DNA from: Octopus vulgaris
Taxonomy: Eukaryota
Direction: 5' to 3'
DNA length: 64,000 nucleotides
Assembly: GCA_951406725.2 (NCBI GenBank)
Contig: OX597839.1
Span: 38,130,001 to 38,194,000, forward strand
Part shown: positions 1-12,553 of the stretch, one piece after another
How positions within the stretch are numbered: the stretch's first letter is position 1
How the letters are laid out: every line of letters starts with the position of its first letter
Translations under genes and position numbers: made by a program
The notes under the pieces: model-generated
Database searches by the model: none
Seen by the model: only the letters and a program-made list of their open reading frames with translations
Told to the model about the DNA's origin: nothing

Positions 1-95
1 TTGGATGTTTAGAAGTTGTAAGGTGTAAAAGAAACAAGGAAAACCAAGCAATTCAACCTCCCATATAGGCCTGAGAACAAAGACAGTTTTTTAAA

Positions 96-1325
96 ATGTC
101 TTACATACCTAATACACTTTTAGTGAAAGTTAAAAAATCCCACGACCTAGGTCTCGGATTCGCGGTTAACGAAAGGCCTTCAAAACCCCATGTGATGATT
201 AGCGAGGTCTTTCTTAATGGACCGGCCAAAGAAACTGGACAGATCTACGTCGGTGACTCAATTCTGCGAATCAATGATATTGACGTTAGTGACATGAATT
301 TCGACCAAGTGGCCGACATTCTGAAGAACGTAGTCGTGGACGAAACCGTGACGTTATTTTTGAAAGGTCCTGAAGGCAGCATGACGCATTTAGAGACCAT
401 ATTTCTGGATAATGGAACCCCTCGTACCATGCGAGTGACAAAACCGATCCCTAATGAATCGTTTGTCAACAGATTAAAGCGGACGTTCGGTCCATCTGTT
501 CCGTCGGCAGTGAACCCTATTCGACGGTTTTATCACATGGACTCTGGAAAGACTAAGAAAAACAATGCGTCCCCTAAAAAGGAACCGTTTTTTCCCAACG
601 ATAAAACATCGTCTCTGACGTCGTCGACGTCGTCCTCGTCAACGACCCCGAAAAGAAAGACACATTCGTTTTCGGACGGCTCAGACATCATTCGAAACGG
701 TTCGCTCCCTGTAGATTGTCCGGATCGTTCGGACGTGAACTGCCAGACGCGCAAGAATATTGTCAACACTGCGCCAAACCCCGCTAACGCCGTCAAAGAG
801 ACTGTCTTGGAAGATAGTAGAAACGGGTCTCCAAAGATCACTTTGACCGCTGTGCAGAGTGTTCCTGGAGATCCGAATTCCACTAACTTACAGAACCAGA
901 TGTCTGGAGATCGCGGTATCGGAGGCGGTGGTGGCGGTGGCGATGGTGGCGGTGGTGTTAGAGGTGTCCGTAGCGACGGTTATGGGGATTATGATGTGAT
1001 AGTGATCAAACAGGAACAAAACCAGATCAAAGTGATAATGGCGAATGAAGACGGCGGCAGCGTGTCGGAAACGATAAGAGACGACAAGAGCAACACGAAC
1101 GCGGTGATTGGGGACGAAAAGAAAACTGCCGCCGTGAACGACGTCGTCAACGGAACGCCAACTAAAAGCAGGTCTCGCAGCGGCAGCAGACACAACCTGT
1201 ACTGCGAGAACACTGGTCGAGGGTCACCAGAACGCAGAGGGTCGAGCCCCGTGAAATACTGCAAACTGAAATGCTACCAAACTGAGAAAGTGACCACGGA
1301 TATGTTGCACTTGAAAAGTGTTGAG
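96..1325 (+). CDS. NOS: Nitric oxide synthase (nNOS-like), coding exon 1: PDZ domain, beta-finger, long low-complexity linker
   Basis: ATG at 96 in AAAATG context with in-frame TGA at 72-74; GLGF PDZ loop (DLGLGFAV); THLETIFLDNGTPRTMRVTKP resembles the nNOS beta-finger; ends TDMLHLKSVE then GAG|gtaag donor, phase 0. The ORF track reads through into the intron to 1391. Confidence 0.93.
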
Positions 1326-1493
1326 GTAAGATTAATTTTTTATAAAAAACATTCTCTCTGTTTCTTTTTTTCTTTTCTATTTCATATATGAGTGTGTGTG
1401 AGAGTGTGAAGGCGTGTGTGTGTGCATGGGGTGGGGTGTATGTGTGTGTGGGGGTAGTACACGAGGGTGTGTATATACGTGTGTGTGCGTGTT

Positions 1494-1708
1494 AGCTGGC
1501 AGAAACGGTAGCACGCCGGGCGAAATGCTTAGCAGTATTTCGTCTGCCGCTGCGTTCTGAGTTCAAATTCCGCCGAGGTTGACTTTACCTTTCATCCTTT
1601 CGGGGTCGATTTAATAAGTACCATTTACGCCCTGGGGTCGATATAATCGACTTAATCCGTTTGTCTGTCCTCTCTGTGTGTAGCCCCTTGTGGGCAGTAA
1701 AGAAATAA
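1494..1708 (+). mobile_element. SINE family A (tRNA-type head; core gcctttcatcctttcggggtcgat...aagtacc)
   Basis: Near-identical copies at 13560-13785(+), 21155-21392(-), 25176-25410(+), 37171-37406(-); partial or degenerate copies at ~9667-9870, 34975-35180, 38745-38843, 39908-40080, 47730-47825, 50936-51368, 52920-53135, 57706-57823, 60205-60435; B-box-like gagttcaaattcc. Confidence 0.85.
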
Positions 1709-1786
1709 AATAGATAGACAGACAAGCAGAAAGACAGACAGATAGAGAGATGGATAGTAGATACACAGATAGACTATACATATAGT

Positions 1787-2130
1787 GGCACTCCGTCAGT
1801 TACGAAGACGATGGTTCCAGTTGATCTGATCAACGGAACAGCCTGCTCGTGAAATTAACGTGCAAGTGGCTGAGCACTCTACAGACACGTGTACCCTTAA
1901 CGTAGTTCTCGGGGAGATTCAGCGCGACACAGTGTGTGACAAAGCTTGCCCTTTGAAATGCAGGTACAACATAAACAAGAAGAAAGAGTGAGAGAAAGTT
2001 GTGGTGAAAGAGTACAGCAGGGTTCACCACCACCCCCTGCCGGAGCCTCGTGGAACTTCAGGTGTTTTCGCTAAAAAAAAAACACTCACGACCGCAGGTT
2101 CGCTGCCCTAACCCCTGGGCCATTGCGCCT
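1787..2130 (-). mobile_element. SINE family B (tRNA-like head gcaatggcccagtggttagggcagcggactcgcgg...ggtttcgattccc)
   Basis: Reverse complement of 25811-26170; other copies or fragments at 6447-6710, 8260-8400, 49552-49730, 50439-50742. Confidence 0.82.
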
Positions 2131-2295
2131 CCACACTTTACACATATATACATATACACATGCATAATGTATATACCTATATCTTTAAATGTATACGTAC
2201 ATGCACACACACACACACACACTCACACACATATGCATTACTATATGTATACGTATATATGAGTCTGTGTAAGAAGTTATGTGTGTGTGTGTGTG

Positions 2296-2520
2296 TACAC
2301 AATGGTGTGCTGAAAAGTTTCTGGCTTTGAGTAAAAGAAATTACAGGAGGGTCGCTCAATTATGGTTGTAGCCAAAATATCACCCCACTCCCTTAGATTC
2401 ACACACTTATTGCAATGGCCCTTCAGTTTTTCTAAGCCTTGTAAAAGAACTCAGATGGTAGGGCCGCCAACCAGGACCATTGCGACACCCTTAAAGCTAG
2501 GAGCTTTTCAGCGCCTTCGC
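2296..2520. mobile_element. Possible mariner-type transposon end fragment
   Basis: Begins ...ggtgtgctgaaaagtttctggc, resembling mariner TIRs from memory; no partner TIR seen. Confidence 0.35.
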
Positions 2521-2568
<48 letters not shown>

Positions 2569-2601
2569 TTTATTTAAAAGCAGCAGAAAATTCAACAAAA
2601 C

Positions 2602-2639
2602 CTGTTACTCTGAGTTTCACGTTTCCGTTCGTCGGACAG
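2602..2639 (-). ncRNA. Type-I hammerhead-like motif, U4C core
   Basis: Minus strand: cugu CCGACGA ACG-GAAA-CGU GAAA CUC-A-GAG UA acag; stem I extended by a 25-bp perfect IR (2568-2592/2653-2677). Confidence 0.6.
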
Positions 2640-2920
2640 TTTTTGCTAGCAAAATTTTCTGCTGCTTTTAAATAAAGCATATTACTCTACCACTGGTATT
2701 TGAGTACTCTTTTTTCCACCTTGTTTCACATTTACGTGTTTACTCCGGTATATATATATATATATATATATAAGTAGTTGAATGAGTTGTCTTAGTATGG
2801 ATAATTCGGTTAACCGATACCTGGGTAGCAAATTCACGTCAGAAAAACACGGCTGAAGCTACATGCCAAGGGCAGAGATCACGTGCTTTCGTGTGGAAAT
2901 TTGTGTGTTTTTTAATACAA

Positions 2921-3002
2921 ATAAATGAAAGAATGGAGTTGAACGACGATTTAACAAAATTCCCAGGAATTTTGTTAAATCGTCGTTCAACTCCATTCTT
3001 TC

Positions 3003-3008
<6 letters not shown>
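2921..3008. repeat. Perfect palindrome, 43-bp arms, 2-nt spacer
   Basis: 2921-2963 is the exact reverse complement of 2966-3008. Confidence 0.95.
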
Positions 3009-3039
<31 letters not shown>

Positions 3040-3125
3040 CAACAATTGAGGGTAAAATTAATTAATCAATTTCACCAAGTGTTCAGTATGTAAAAGGACC
3101 ATTTAAGGCGAATTCAAAATATTAC

Positions 3126-3460
3126 ATTATATAATTAGGGCTTAGTAAAATAAAATAAATTACTTTGCCACATACTGAACTTAGTAGAAATAGCAGCCAA
3201 AAAAAAATTTTTTAGCCGTTTCTACAACTTAAAGAAAATTTCTCTCAGATAATGTTTACTCCAGACAGCTCACGAAGGTTTGGAGGTAAATACAGAAAAA
3301 TATCTTACCTCCAAACCTTCGTGAGCTGTCTGGAGTAAACATTATCTGAGAGAAATTTTCTTTAAGTAGTAGAAACGGCTAAAAAATATTTTTTTGGCTG
3401 CTATTTCTACTAAGTTCAGTATGTGGCAAAGTAATTTATTTTATTTTACTAAGCCCTAAT

Positions 3461-3468
<8 letters not shown>
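3126..3468. repeat. Long inverted repeat, 164-bp arms, 15-nt loop
   Basis: 3126-3289 vs 3305-3468, about two mismatches by eye. Confidence 0.95.
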
Positions 3469-3518
<50 letters not shown>

Positions 3519-3627
3519 TTAGTATGTGTGTAAACGTATACCTGTGATTGTTGAAGAGATAGCAATACCGTTGATATACCGTGTAAAATAAATTTTGTTT
3601 TAACGTCGCTATTTCTGTGTGTATCAG

Positions 3628-3770
3628 CCAGTGACCTGTTCTCCCAATGGCTGCAAAGGATCTATAATGTTCCCACGTGTGAAGAAAGCCAGAACAGACC
3701 CGAGACCAAAGGAAGAAGTTTTGGTCCAAGCAAAAGCATTCATGGATGAATATTTCTCTTCGATAAGGAG
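3628..3770 (+). CDS. NOS: NOS coding exon 2: Zn-tetrathiolate CxxxxC and start of oxygenase domain
   Basis: cag|CCA...AG|gtaagg, 143 nt; PVTCSPNGCKGSIMFPR...RPKEEVLVQAKAFMDEYFSSIR; phase matches exons 1 and 3. Missed by the ORF track. Confidence 0.93.
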
Positions 3771-4070
3771 GTAAGGCTCTTCTTGCAGTTATTTAGAGAG
3801 GAAAAGGATTTTTGTTGGCGTTGTGGTTGAAGATGATATAAAAAGAGATGGGACGGGGAAAAAGGCGAGTGCAGTAGGAAGATTAAGAGAGGTAACGTGA
3901 TAAAATAAATAGTGATGTAAAGTGTGATAATAAAAGGAACTTCTCTTTCTCTAATCTTAGTCTCTCTCTTTCTCTTCCTTTACTCTTTTTACTCTTTTAC
4001 TTGTTTCAGTCATTTGACTGCGGCCATGCTGGAGCACCTCACTCTCTCTCTAGACCTTTCACTCTCTTTA

Positions 4071-4110
<40 letters not shown>

Positions 4111-5011
4111 CTAGCAATAAACATAACATACGTACAATTGTATATCCATGTGTGAGTGTGTATGTGCGTGTATGTATATTTATGTATGTGTGTGTAACCA
4201 CACACATGCTTTTCTTCCACCACTTAATATTTGTCTCATTCCCTCTCTCTCTCTCTCTCTCTCCGCCTCTCTCTCTCTCTCTCTCCGCCTCTCTCTCTCT
4301 CTCCGCCTCTCTAACTCTTCTTCTTTCTCACTGTCTCTTTCCTCCCTTTTCTCAATGCTTGATTCACAACTCTCTTTCCCAATATTTGTCGCTCTCCCTC
4401 TCTCTCTCCCTCTCTCTCTCCCCCCTTTCTCTCTCTCTCTCTTTCCCTTTCTCAATGTTGTTTTCTCTTTCTTTTCCCAGTTTAGTTTCTTTCTCTTTCT
4501 AAATGTTTATCTCTCGCTGCTTTTTTAATGTTTGTCTCTCCTCCTTTCCAAATGTTGATCTCTCTCTCTCTCTCTTCTTTTCTCAGTGTCTGTCTGTCCC
4601 TCTCTCTCTCTCTCTCTCTCTTTCTCTAACTTTCTCAATGTTGTTTTCTCTCTCTCTCTCTCTCTCTTTTTTTCTCTCCCCTTTTTCACAATGTTGCTCT
4701 CCCTCATTTCTCCCTTTCTCAAACTTGCTCTCTGTCTGTCCGTCCCTCTCTCTCTCTCTCTCTCTTTCTCTAACTTTCTCAATGTTGTTTTCTCTCTCTC
4801 TCTCTCTCTTTCTCTAACTTTCTCAATGTTGTTTTCTCTCTCTCTCTCTCTCTCTCTCTTACTCTCTCCCCTTTTTCACAATGTTGCTCTCTCTCATTTC
4901 TCCCTTTCCCAAACTTGCTCTCTGTCTGTCTGTCTGTCCATCTCTCCGTCTCTTTCACTCTCTCTCTCTCTCACTCACTTTGTGTCACTCTCTATTCTTT
5001 TCCCGAAACAG

Positions 5012-5174
5012 GCTGAACACACCAGCGCACCAGAAACGCTGGCAGGAAGTCATGCAGTCCATTGAAAAAACCGGTACCTATGACCTCACCAAAACTGAGC
5101 TGACCTTTGGCGCTAAAACAGCTTGGAGAAACGCTCCCCGATGCATTGGTCGGATTCAGTGGTCAAAACTACAG
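5012..5174 (+). CDS. NOS: NOS coding exon 3: heme-ligating Cys
   Basis: cag|G...CAG|gtaagc, 163 nt; [34 protein letters not shown]. Confidence 0.98.
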
Positions 5175-5257
5175 GTAAGCGACACAAATACTAACAACTG
5201 CAGTGAACCGAGGGTCTTGTGAACACATTGTCGTCGGAAAAGAAAGTTGTTCTCCGG

Positions 5258-5367
<110 letters not shown>

Positions 5368-5370
5368 GTT

Positions 5371-5426
<56 letters not shown>

Positions 5427-5508
5427 CACATTCAAAATGTGACCTCGTGTGTACCGTTGGCGATTTTTTTCCTCTGTCTTCCCTTCTCTGAATCTTTCCT
5501 TTTCCTAT

Positions 5509-5543
5509 GTTTCCGACGAAGAGCTCCGCTCGAAACGTTAAAC
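5509..5543 (+). ncRNA. Minimal type-I hammerhead-like motif, U4C core
   Basis: guuu CCGACGA A GAGC-ucc-GCUC GAAA CG UU aaac. Confidence 0.55.
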
Positions 5544-5639
5544 CCTCCTTCTTTTCCTTCTTTCCTGAGCGTCCAATAATACTATATTTGTTCCACGTTC
5601 TCGCGTTGTTGTGTTTTTTTTTTGCTTTCTTGTTTGGAT

Positions 5640-5718
<79 letters not shown>

Positions 5719-5974
5719 ATACACACAACTTATAAACAAGGGCAAAAGAAAAATGATTTCACACTGTTCCAGGTTCAGTCCCTATGCGTAGCACCTTCGG
5801 CAAATGTCTTCAGCTGCAAATTCGTTGAGGGCAGATTCTCTAGGTTTTTGCCGAGAATTCCGTGTCGCTTTTGTCAGACGTAAATGGCAGACAAGAAGCA
5901 CAAGCAGATTCAAAGGCGAAATCTTTGATCCAAAAACAATTGCTCTGATATATACGCTTCTCTGTGTGTGTGTG

Positions 5975-6049
<75 letters not shown>

Positions 6050-6741
6050 GAGCAAAACGCTCCCCGTCTAGTGGATGGTGCTGAGTTGTCAAACATTTAA
6101 ACCAAATTTTCTCAAAACAACTTGTCTGACCATCCCATAGGCTTCCCCTTTGAGAAACACTGATTTAACCTAAATTTGAGACGCAGCAAAGAAGAAATAA
6201 AGATAGACTCTTTTTCTATTCCAAGAAAAACGATTTTACAAATGCACGTTCCCACGGCTTTATCGATTGCATTCTCACCTGGAATCGATTTTTGTAATTT
6301 TATTCAAGACTTATACACGCCCTGATACCGTCGGTATCTACATGCGAAATTTGAGCGCAATCGGGTGAAGGATGCCCGAGATCCTAGAAGACACACACAC
6401 AGACAGAACGGATTTTATATAATAGATGTGTGCGTGCGTGTGTGTGTGAGTTCAATTCCTGGCGACGTGTTGTGTCCTTGAGCGAGACACTTTATTTTCA
6501 CGTTGCTCCAGTCCACTCAGCTGACAAAAAGGAGTAACACCTGTACCTCAAAGGGCCAGCCTTGTCACACTGCGTGTCACGCTGAATCTCTCTCAGAATT
6601 ACATTAATGGTAGACGTGTCCGTAGAGTGGAATGCTCAACTACTTGCACGTTAATTTTACGAGCAAGCAGTTCCGTTGATCGTATCAGCGGGGACTCTCG
6701 TCGTCGTAATCGACTTCACTGCCTCCCATATACACACACAT

Positions 6742-6779
<38 letters not shown>

Positions 6780-6996
6780 GTTTTTGTTGTTATTATTGCT
6801 TTTGTTGTTGTTGTTATTATTGTTTTTGTTGTTGTTGTTGTTGTTGCTGTTGTTGTTGTTATACTTTGTTATTGTACCAATATTGAATAACTAGATTTTA
6901 TAAATAATTCTTTACTTTGGATTGAACCGGCGAACTTGGATGTTTAACATCCCTTTGAAGGATTTGGGTCCTTACTTCTATTATATATATATATAT

Positions 6997-7032
<36 letters not shown>

Positions 7033-7095
7033 GTGTGTGTGTGTGTTTTTATAAATATATATATGTACACATGTATGTATATAAGTATGTGTATG

Positions 7096-7128
<33 letters not shown>

Positions 7129-8663
7129 ATGTATGTATGTGTGTATATCACTTACTCAGAGTTGAGGCACTGTGTGGAGTGGAGCATAGCATCGTGTGAG
7201 TGAGAGACATAAAAAGAGATGAGAAGAGGAAGACAAAGAAGGGGAGCGGGGAAGCGAAAGAGACGAAGAAGAAGAAGAAGAAGTGAAGGTGATGGAAAGG
7301 AGCGAAAGGGGGGAAAGATGTGCCTGTAGTGGTGGTTGTGGTGGTGGTGGTGGTAGTGGTTGTGGTGGTGGTTGTTGTGGTGGTGGTGGTGGTGGTGGTG
7401 TTTGATGGGGGTGAGGTGGGAGAAGTCAACATTACTGAAAGGCATCGCAGGAATTCGGTGAGAAGCCAAGTTTATATATATTACCTTGTCTTGCCAAATA
7501 TATACACCTGCATATATAAAGGCACATATACACATATATATATATATATATGAATACTGACAAACAGAAATATACACGCTTGAATATACATACATACGTA
7601 TGTTATACACTTGTATGGATGTTTGTGTGTAGACAGATATAGCTATGTGTGTGTGTGTATGTATATGTGTGCTTGCATCTGTGTCCGCATATATGTGCGT
7701 ATATGTATACGTATATATACTAACATAAATACATACCTACGGGTGTGACATCAATGCGTTTGGTCTTGCTATGAATATATGTATAGAATTATGTATATAA
7801 GAATGAGTATATATATATAAATTAGAGGTTGTTTTAACCTCATTAGGAGATGGTTTCATCCAAGGAAAATCTGGTTTAATACCTAGTATTTTTGGAGAAT
7901 TAACTTCCTTTAATTAAATAGGTATATTTATAAAAACATTTAGTTTATATTCATTTAGAAAATGGAAGACAAAACGGAGATTAGGAAGTTAATAAATTGT
8001 TTATTATTAATACCAAAATGAATCCATAGACACATATAAAAAAAACCAAGGGTATTTATTTTCCCCTCTGAAAACATTATGCTGTGGTCATATAAATATA
8101 AATTTAATATTTACTGAGTATTAATTGAAATAGCTGTAAGCAATTATGATTAATCTACTGCTAATAATAAACAATTATTAACCTCCCGATCTCCATTTTC
8201 TTTTTCATCTGTTATATATATATAACGTTATATATATATATCTGTTATATATATATAACGCCTAAAAGCTCCACGAGGCTCCGGCAGGGGATGGTAAAAA
8301 GTGAAAAAACTACAGAAGGCTTGTTTTAAAACTTAAAAAATCTATACTTTTCACTTCCTTTTCTGTTGTACCTATATATTCAACCACGGCCTTGTCAACT
8401 CTCATATATCACGCTGATATATATATATATATATATATATAATCAATATCTGTGAAGTGCTCAGCCACTGATAACGTAAACTACAGGTCCCTCTGTAGCG
8501 TCTTGTTGCTCTATAACTCACGTTGGACGAGGGGGGTTACAGAGTCTCATTCGTACTTTTTGAATTCGTTAGTACTAGCGGTCGAAGATGGTTTGTCTGG
8601 GATTACTCATATCAGACGTGTATGTTCGATTTTTAGTGCTCTCAAAGCCAAACCTAAAGAAAT

Positions 8664-8726
8664 CTTGGGCTGATGACGGAAATGTTGATCTCTATATCCA
8701 ACTAATCCAGAAACGGCGTTCTCAAG
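8664..8726 (+). ncRNA. Type-I hammerhead motif, canonical core
   Basis: cuuggg CUGAUGA C GGA..GUUG..CAAC..UCC A GAAA CG-G-CG UU cucaag (6-bp stem I with one G-U). Confidence 0.65.
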
Positions 8727-8909
8727 TAATCGATGTACGTGTGAGCTTTCGTTATTTTTCCCTCTATACCTGCGTGAATTATTTTTGCGTATACATTGTC
8801 TGAGAGACTTTTCTTATAGTAGAGGAAATAGCTAAAATTTTTTGCTGCTATTTCTAAAATTTCGGTGTGTGGTAAAATAAATTATTTTACTGAACCCTAA
8901 TTATATAAC

Positions 8910-8956
<47 letters not shown>

Positions 8957-9023
8957 CACACACACATATATATATACGTATGCACATATATACATATGTA
9001 TATGTATATATATTGTACACACT

Positions 9024-9086
<63 letters not shown>

Positions 9087-9237
9087 TATATTAATTATTA
9101 CTTAACCATCCTCTCACACCGTCTCAGATGATGGGATATAATTAATAAATATCCTGGAAACGGCTGTAAGACCTTCTATCTATAAATGTTCTAATATCTA
9201 CACAGCCTTGTTTTGGCAAAAATTCTTTATATATATA

Positions 9238-9270
<33 letters not shown>

Positions 9271-9513
9271 TATGAAGAAAGAGAAAGAAAGAAAGAAAGA
9301 AAAAAGGAAGGCAGGAAGAATGAATGAATGAAAGAAACAAAGTAGGAAGGAAAGAACGAAGAAAGAAAGAAAGAAAGAGAGAAAGAAAGTGCGATTGCTA
9401 CCTTGCTAGATATTTATTTCAAATGTTGGCCCAAAGTCAGCAGTTTCGGGTATGGGGCTAAGCTGTTTATATCGACCTCGGTGCTCAACTGGTGCTTATT
9501 TTATCGTATGAAG

Positions 9514-9555
<42 letters not shown>

Positions 9556-9610
9556 GAAAGAAGGAAGAATGAATGAATGAAAGAAACAAAGTAGGAAGAA
9601 AAGAAAGAAA

Positions 9611-9667
<57 letters not shown>

Positions 9668-9990
9668 TGCGATTGCTACCTTGCTAGATATTATTTTCGA
9701 ATGTTGGCCCAAAGTCAGCAGTTTCGGGTATGGGGCTAAGCTGTTTATATCGACCTCGGTGCTCAACTGGTGCTTATTTTATCGTACCCCGAAAGGATGA
9801 AAGGCAAAGTCGACCTCGGCGGGAGTTGAACTCAGGATGTAAAAAACGGTCGAAATGTCGCTAAGCCGCCAATGACATTGATGCGTATAGGTTCAAAACT
9901 TGCACACAGATAGGTAAACATACATATATGCATACATGCGTACGTACAGGCATATACATTTTCATACATATATATATATATATGATATCT

Positions 9991-10215
<225 letters not shown>

Positions 10216-10318
10216 GCGCGAAGGCGTTCGTACAAATGTGCTTTTAACTAATGTGAGTAAAGATAAGTTCTATTGGCGCAATGGTTCTCTTCGTTTTGCC
10301 AATGACGATGTTTATGAA

Positions 10319-10367
<49 letters not shown>

Positions 10368-10959
10368 GTGGTGGTAGTGGCAGTGGTGGCGATAGTGATG
10401 ATGATGATGATAATGGTGATGATGATAATGATGATAATGATGATAATGATGATAATGGTGGTGATGATAATAAGGAGGAAGAGGGGAGGAGAAGGAAGAG
10501 GACGTGGAGGAGAGGGATGAGGAAAGAGGATTCTGCTGCTGCTGCTGATGATAAGGATGATTACGTATATGATGGTAATGATGAGGAGAAGGTTGAGGAT
10601 GATGATGGTGATAAGGAGGAGGAGGAGGAATGGTGGGAGGAAGAAGAAAAGAAGATTAGACAGGAGCATGACGGTGCTGCTGCAACTAATTGTAGATGTG
10701 GTGGTCGTCGTATAGGCGGTGGTGGTAGTGGTGGTGGTGTTAGTGGTGGTGTTAGTGGTGGTGTTAGTGGTGGTGTCAGTGGTGGTGGTGGTGGTTTACT
10801 GTTAATGATAGTTGTGATGATGGTGGTAATAGTTGTGACGTTGTTGGCGCTGGTAACGGTTAGAGGTGGTGGTGGTGGTTGGTGGTGGTGTTGGAATGGT
10901 GGGAAAGAGAGGGTGAGAGAGACAGAAGAGAGAGAGTGATGAAGAGAATGAGAGAAAGA

Positions 10960-11010
<51 letters not shown>

Positions 11011-11257
11011 TGTGTCTATGGAAAGACGTAGATGTATTGTGTGATTGTATTTCTGACGTTGGCCAAAGAACCGGGAGGAATGTGGAAGAATTTGACAAGA
11101 GAAATTCTTCATTCTTGGAATGTACAGAGAGAGAGAGAGGGAGAGAGAGAAAGAGAGGGAGAGAGAGAGAAGCGGGGAAGATACGAAGATAGAAGGGGAG
11201 GGGAAGGATGGTTTGATATGTAATCAACTACATGATGATAATGACAATGATGATGAA

Positions 11258-11319
<62 letters not shown>

Positions 11320-12512
11320 GTGATGATGATGGTGATGATGATGATGATTATGATGCTGATGATGATGATGATGATCATGATGATGATTATGATGATGATT
11401 ATGATGTTGATAGTAATAACGATGCTAATGATAATGATGACGATAAAAATGATGATGATGATGATGACAATGATGCTGATGATGATGATGAGGAAGAGGA
11501 AAAGGAGGAGGGGGAGGAGGAAGGTGAAGATGGTAGTGGAGGTCGTGGTGATGATGTAGATGACGATAACGATGATGAAGGACGATGAGGAAATTGGAGA
11601 ACGCAAGAATAATATAGTAGCCACCACCACCACCACCACCACCACCACCACCACCATCACTACCATCCCCCTCACCACCATCACTACCATCACCACGACC
11701 GCCATCACCACATCCACCGCCACCATCACCACCACCATCACCACCACCATCACCAACACCATCACATCCACCAACACCCCCACCACCACCACCACCAGCA
11801 TCACCACCACCACCACCGCCATCACCTCCACCACTATCTTCGATATGACCAATACCAAACGCAAACAACATCAACAACAACAACAATATCGCTAACAGAA
11901 ATAAACTAAGACGAGCTTCCTTACCCACCACCACCACCACCACCACCACAACCACCGACAATAACAAAGCAACAACAACAAAGCAACAACAACAACAACA
12001 ACAACAACCACAGCAACAACATCAACACCAAAATCCCAAGAGAAGAACACCCCAATGAAATAAGTAGGTGAACTTGTTGAAAAATAAATTAGAAAAAGAA
12101 TTCCTAAAGGCACAGATCTACCTTCGTCTTTGTCGGCCATTTTGCTAAATAAAGAAACAGAAGGAAGGGAGAGAGGGTGGGAGAGAGGGACGGTGGGAGG
12201 GAGGGACTTAACTAGCAAGGAAGGGTGGGGAGGAGAGGGAGGGGGAGGGGGAGGGAGAGGTTGCAGGGAGAACAATGACATCGCTGGTATTTTAGTGCGG
12301 AGATACGGAGGAGGTAGTGTAGGGTGGGGTGGGTGGTGTGAGGATGGGGTGTTGGGTGTGAGTTGGGGCGGGGTGGAGAGTCGGGGGGTGTCTGTTATTG
12401 ATGAGCGGATGAAAGGAAGATCCAAATATAACCCCACATCGTCATCGTCGTCGTCGTCATCATCGCCGGCGTTAACATCATCATTGTTGTCGTCATCATC
12501 GTTATCATCGTT

Positions 12513-12553
<41 letters not shown>

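Noticed and set aside
1326-1391. ORF-track extension of NOS exon 1
   Set aside because: Lies after a consensus GAG|gtaag donor; intronic read-through
5785-5820. Minus-strand CTGAAGA...GAAG...TA motif
   Set aside because: Stem II and GAAA are defective; too weak to count
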